Source: Polyangiaceae bacterium
Lineage (GTDB): Bacteria > Myxococcota_A > Polyangia > Polyangiales > Polyangiaceae
Assembly: GCA_044376115.1 (NCBI GenBank)
Contig: JBILLK010000015.1
Coordinates: 64,001 to 128,000, forward strand
Direction: 5' to 3'
DNA: 64,000 bases
Positions 60,884-64,000 of this stretch are shown one piece after another. The notes beneath the pieces are model-generated. The model had not been told where the DNA came from. It did no database searches and saw only the letters and a list, made by a program, of their open reading frames with translations. Position numbers and translations under genes: made by a program. Positions within the stretch are counted from its first letter, which is position 1. Each line of letters begins with the position of its first letter.

Positions 60884-61330
60884 TCACTGTCCAATCTTGA
60901 GCGCTGAACGCGCCATGCCCTTGAGTGATTCGATGGTGGCGACGCCAGCTTCGTAGGCCCGGCTGGCAGTCATCAGGTTGACCATCTCTGTCACTACGTT
61001 GACGTTGGGGTACTCGACGTAGCCGTCCGCATTTGCGTCCGGATGGTCGGGATCGAAGAGCAGTTGGCCCGGGTTCGTGTCCTCACGAATCTCGGACATC
61101 TCCACGCGCATGACGCTTCGCATGATTGCGTCGGTGGCGTTCGGCTTGAGCGGCTTTGCTTCAAACACTGGGTCTATGCGCTTGTACGGTGCGCCGTCCG
61201 CACCGCGTGTCGTGCGCGCATTCGCCAGGTTGGACGCAATGATGTTCATACGGTCGCGCTCGGCCGTCAGGCCAGAGGCCGCGACCTCGAGCGCACTCAT
61301 CACACCAGGAAGCTTCGTGATCGTGCTCAT
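60884..61330 (-). CDS. flgC: Flagellar basal-body rod protein FlgC
   Basis: ASGLTAERDRMNIIASNLANA, DPDHPDA..GYV.YPNVN..EMV..ASRAYEA. Confidence 0.95.
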   Translation of the reverse strand: MSTITKLPGVMSALEVAASGLTAERDRMNIIASNLANARTTRGADGAPYKRIDPVFEAKPLKPNATDAIMRSVMRVEMSEIREDTNPGQLLFDPDHPDANADGYVEYPNVNVVTEMVNLMTASRAYEAGVATIESLKGMARSALKIGQ

Positions 61331-61716
61331 ACGCCCTTCGCATCTCCAGCAACGTAGGAAAGCAAGCCGAGTTCGGCGGCTACGAGCGTGCTGATTGTCT
61401 CGTAGCGCACATGGTTGGCTGTGATCTTCACGGCCTCCTGGTCGAGGTTGACCGCGTTTCCGTCGGCGTCAGCCGGCAGCGTTTCATCCACTACAGTGCG
61501 TGTCTGCAGGCCGTTCTGTGAGTTCGGCATGTGGCGCGCATCGGTCGAGGACATGGCCACCTCGAGCGCCGAGTCGAAGCGGTCGAGTCGCTCGATGTCA
61601 CGCGAGCGATATTGGGGCGTATCGACGTTCGCCAGGTTTGCAGAGAGCACACCATGACGCGCGAGGTGATAGTCCAACCCAAGTTCGAGACGGTCGACAA
61701 GTCCGAGCAGCTTCAT
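61327..61716 (-). CDS. flgB: Flagellar basal-body rod protein FlgB
   Basis: NLANVDTPQY...DGNAVNLDQE. Confidence 0.9.
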   Translation of the reverse strand: MKLLGLVDRLELGLDYHLARHGVLSANLANVDTPQYRSRDIERLDRFDSALEVAMSSTDARHMPNSQNGLQTRTVVDETLPADADGNAVNLDQEAVKITANHVRYETISTLVAAELGLLSYVAGDAKGV

Positions 61717-61727
61717 GCCCCGCCTTC

Positions 61728-61743
61728 AGCAAGGCGTATGCCT
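61728..61743 (-). promoter_or_regulatory. Sigma54 promoter of the flgB operon
   Basis: AGGCATACGCCTTGCT; ATG 61716 begins 12 nt after GC. Confidence 0.72.
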
Positions 61744-61837
61744 CGGGCGCGGTCGCAAACGCGTGCTTGTTCGCGCAGTCCTCATCGGTTCCGTAAGGGG
61801 CTGCACGCATTCAGCGCACACGAATCCTGGGCTGAGA

Positions 61838-61853
61838 TGGCTCAACGATTGCT
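61838..61853 (+). promoter_or_regulatory. Sigma54 promoter of flbD-motAB
   Basis: TGGCTCAACGATTGCT; GTG 61865 begins 12 nt after GC. Confidence 0.72.
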
Positions 61854-61864
61854 TGGGTGCGGGC

Positions 61865-62080
61865 GTGGTCAAACTCACCCGGCTCAACAATCAGACCATC
61901 ACGGTCAACCCAGACAACGTTTTATGGGCGGAGTCATCGCCTGACACGACGCTGTGCTTGCTCGGGGGAGAGAAGGTCCTCGTCCGCGAAAGCATGGACG
62001 AGCTTATCGAGCGAGTGATCGCTTTCCGACGCATGGTCGCTTCGGAATTTCCCCAGTCTCGTCGCGACGTCGACGGCTGA
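61865..62080 (+). CDS. flbD: FlbD family (SwrD-like) small flagellar protein, 71 aa
   Basis: MVKLTRLNNQTITVNPD...SPDTTLCL.GGEKVLVRES; directly before motA. Confidence 0.85.
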   Translation: MVKLTRLNNQTITVNPDNVLWAESSPDTTLCLLGGEKVLVRESMDELIERVIAFRRMVASEFPQSRRDVDG

Positions 62081-62101
62081 CGCTAAGAAAGGAGTCGACT
62101 C

Positions 62102-62887
62102 TTGGATACAGGCATCATCATCGGCATCGTGGTCGCGTTCGCAATGATTCTCGGCGGCAACGTCTTGGAGGGTGGACATCTCAGCTCGATCGTGAACGCC
62201 CCCGCCTTCATGATCGTCATCGGAGGAACCGTCGGAGCCGTCATCGTGCAGTTCCCTTTGCCCATCGTTAAGCAAACCATGGGCGCGCTAGGCAAACTCA
62301 TGAAGCCGCCACACCACGACCCCGAGAAGATTCTCGAGCAGATTGTGGATTTCGCGCAGCGCGCGAGAAAAGACGGAATCCTGGCGCTCGAGAAGGTCGC
62401 TGGTGAAGCGCATCACCCCTTCCTGGCGAAGGGCATCATGATGGCGGTAGACGGCTCGGACTCCAACGCCATCCGCGCGACGCTCGAGGTCGTCATCTCC
62501 CAAGACGAAGCGCATCAAGAGAACTCCGCCAAAGTGCTCGAGGCTGGCGGTGGCTACTGCCCAACCATTGGCATCATCGGCGCCGTGCTCGGTCTAATTC
62601 ACGTTATGAGTAACCTCTCCGACATCAACAAGGTCGGTACCGGTATCGCAGGCGCCTTCGTCGCTACCATCTACGGCGTCGCGGCCTCCAACATCTTTTT
62701 CCTACCGCTGGCGGGTCGCATCAAAGTCCGTCTTCATGAGGAGACACAACTGATGGAGCTGATGCTCTCGGGCGTATTGGCGATCCAAGAGGGCCTCAAC
62801 CCGAAGCTCGTCCGTGAACGCCTATCAGCCTATGTGACCTCGCACGAGAAGGCTGGCGCAGCGGCTGGCGCCAAGGCACCGGCCTGA
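62102..62887 (+). CDS. motA: Flagellar stator protein MotA
   Basis: TTG with AAAGGAG; IVIGGT, ARKDGILALE, PTIGIIGAVLGLI, AFVATIYGV. Confidence 0.93.
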   Translation: MDTGIIIGIVVAFAMILGGNVLEGGHLSSIVNAPAFMIVIGGTVGAVIVQFPLPIVKQTMGALGKLMKPPHHDPEKILEQIVDFAQRARKDGILALEKVAGEAHHPFLAKGIMMAVDGSDSNAIRATLEVVISQDEAHQENSAKVLEAGGGYCPTIGIIGAVLGLIHVMSNLSDINKVGTGIAGAFVATIYGVAASNIFFLPLAGRIKVRLHEETQLMELMLSGVLAIQEGLNPKLVRERLSAYVTSHEKAGAAAGAKAPA

Positions 62888-62920
62888 TCCACTCCCACCC
62901 CAACCGAGAATCGGCGGACC

Positions 62921-63694
62921 GTGAGAAAAAAGAAGCACCCTGAACACGTCAATCATGAACGCTGGCTGGTTAGCTTTGCCGACTTCATGACGCTGCTGTT
63001 CGCATTTTTCGTCGTTATGTTCTCGGTTTCCCAGGTGGATAGTCAGAAGGTGGGTCGGTTTACCCAATCCTTCCAAGCAGCCATCGGAATAGAGCTCGTG
63101 CCGGGTGGCCAAGGCATCATGCCCTCGGAAGGCGCAGGGATGTTTCCCGGCGACAAACCCCCGGAGGAGGTCCCTGAAGAGGGCGGCAAGGGGAAGGGCA
63201 AAGGAAAGGGCAAAGGCGGCAACAAGGACGAGCTCAAGGCCTTGGCCGAGGCGCTCGAGGCACAGGCCAAGGTGCGCAAAGAGCTGGCTGGTCTCAAGAT
63301 CGTCCGCCGCGGGAACGAGCTGGTGCTGCGGCTTGACGAGACCATCCTGTTCACCAGCGGTGACGACCAAATCAGCGACGACGCGCGGCTAGTACTCAAG
63401 GCGATCGGCGAGGAGCTCAAGGATCGGCCGGTCTTGGTCCGAGTCGAGGGCCACACCGATGACCAGCCGATCTCCACTGGGCGTTTCCGCTCCAATTGGG
63501 ACCTCTCCACGGCGCGAGCCACCAGCGTCGTAACAACGCTCGCGGCGCTCGCCGATGTGAAGCCCAACCGCCTTGCTGCAATGGGGTATGCGGAGTACCA
63601 GCCGCTCGGCGACAATTCGACGAAGGAAGGGCGTTCGCAGAACCGGCGCGTCGACTTCGTATTGACGGTGGAGGTGCCGCAGCCGGTGCCCTAG
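62921..63694 (+). CDS. motB: Flagellar stator protein MotB
   Basis: ERWLVSFADFMTLLFAFFVVMF; VEGHTD, NWDLSTARA, NRRV. Confidence 0.93.
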   Translation: MRKKKHPEHVNHERWLVSFADFMTLLFAFFVVMFSVSQVDSQKVGRFTQSFQAAIGIELVPGGQGIMPSEGAGMFPGDKPPEEVPEEGGKGKGKGKGKGGNKDELKALAEALEAQAKVRKELAGLKIVRRGNELVLRLDETILFTSGDDQISDDARLVLKAIGEELKDRPVLVRVEGHTDDQPISTGRFRSNWDLSTARATSVVTTLAALADVKPNRLAAMGYAEYQPLGDNSTKEGRSQNRRVDFVLTVEVPQPVP

Positions 63695-63717
63695 CGATAG
63701 CTAAGTTAATCTTTTTG

Positions 63718-63747
63718 AAGGCGCGCCAAAAAGGTGCGCCTTTTTTT
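63718..63747 (+). terminator. Intrinsic terminator after motB
   Basis: AAGGCGCGCC-AAAAA-GGTGCGCCTT followed by a T run. Confidence 0.8.
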
Positions 63748-63883
63748 GCTTTGTAGCGGCCGTAGTGACGAACAAATCGAGAAGTTGACACCTGGGCGCC
63801 AAGCTCGTGGCAGCAACTCAAGACGATCGAGCGCGGTAGCCTCGAGAAGCCACGATATGCCGCGAATAAGGCCTCAATTCAAC

Positions 63884-63899
63884 TGGCACAGCATTCGCT
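63884..63899 (+). promoter_or_regulatory. Sigma54 promoter of flgG (leadered)
   Basis: TGGCACAGCATTCGCT; 23 nt to ATG, containing GGAGG. Confidence 0.7.
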
Positions 63900-63921
63900 T
63901 AGCCACTCAACGGAGGCTACA

Positions 63922-64000
63922 ATGTTTCGCTCGCTGCAAATCGCTGCCACGGGAATGGTTGCACAAGAGACCAAACTCGACACGATCGCCAACAACCTCG
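63922..64000 (+). CDS. flgG: Flagellar distal rod protein FlgG, N-terminus only (runs off window)
   Basis: MFRSLQIAATGMVAQETKLDTIANNL; FlgF cannot be fully excluded from 26 aa. Confidence 0.72.
   Translation, partial: MFRSLQIAATGMVAQETKLDTIANNL

Noticed and set aside
46973..61716. Cluster as a non-flagellar type III injectisome
   Set aside because: Rod (flgB, flgC, flgG), hook (flgD, flgE), fliE, fliL and stator genes are flagellum-specific.
62102..63694. motA/motB as Zorya (ZorAB) defence genes or gliding-motor AglRQS
   Set aside because: Normal-length MotA without a long tail, MotB with an OmpA-like domain, preceded by flbD and embedded among flagellar genes.

Overview
A GC-rich bacterial chromosome segment. 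Its gene content points to a myxobacterium (Myxococcota, Polyangiales-like; this is inference): CGNG-type cysteine-rich repeat and Gly-linker lipoproteins, FHA/GAF-sigma54 activators, Hanks-type kinases and MoxR operons. The first ~47 kb hold housekeeping, envelope and signalling genes: YhbY, MoxR-DUF58-transglutaminase, CopZ/CopA, HU, psd-methyltransferase-AGPS-like, MoxR-VWA-DUF4175-like-peptidase, Tag, an FHA-bEBP/kinase block and an XPB-like helicase with DUF790/Bax1. The last ~17 kb hold an apparently intact flagellar cluster: flgBC-fliEFGHIJK-flgDE-fliLMNOPQR on the minus strand, then divergent flbD-motAB and the start of flgG. This is unexpected for a lineage classically described as non-flagellated. 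A second signal read from the DNA is a set of sigma54 (GG-N10-GC) promoters whose GC lies exactly 12 nt upstream of the start codon (five cases, plus one at 13 nt), implying sigma54-driven leaderless mRNAs. The pattern occurs in both flagellar and non-flagellar genes. No rRNA, tRNA, CRISPR array or mobile element was recognised. Product calls come from motif recognition by eye, not database searches.
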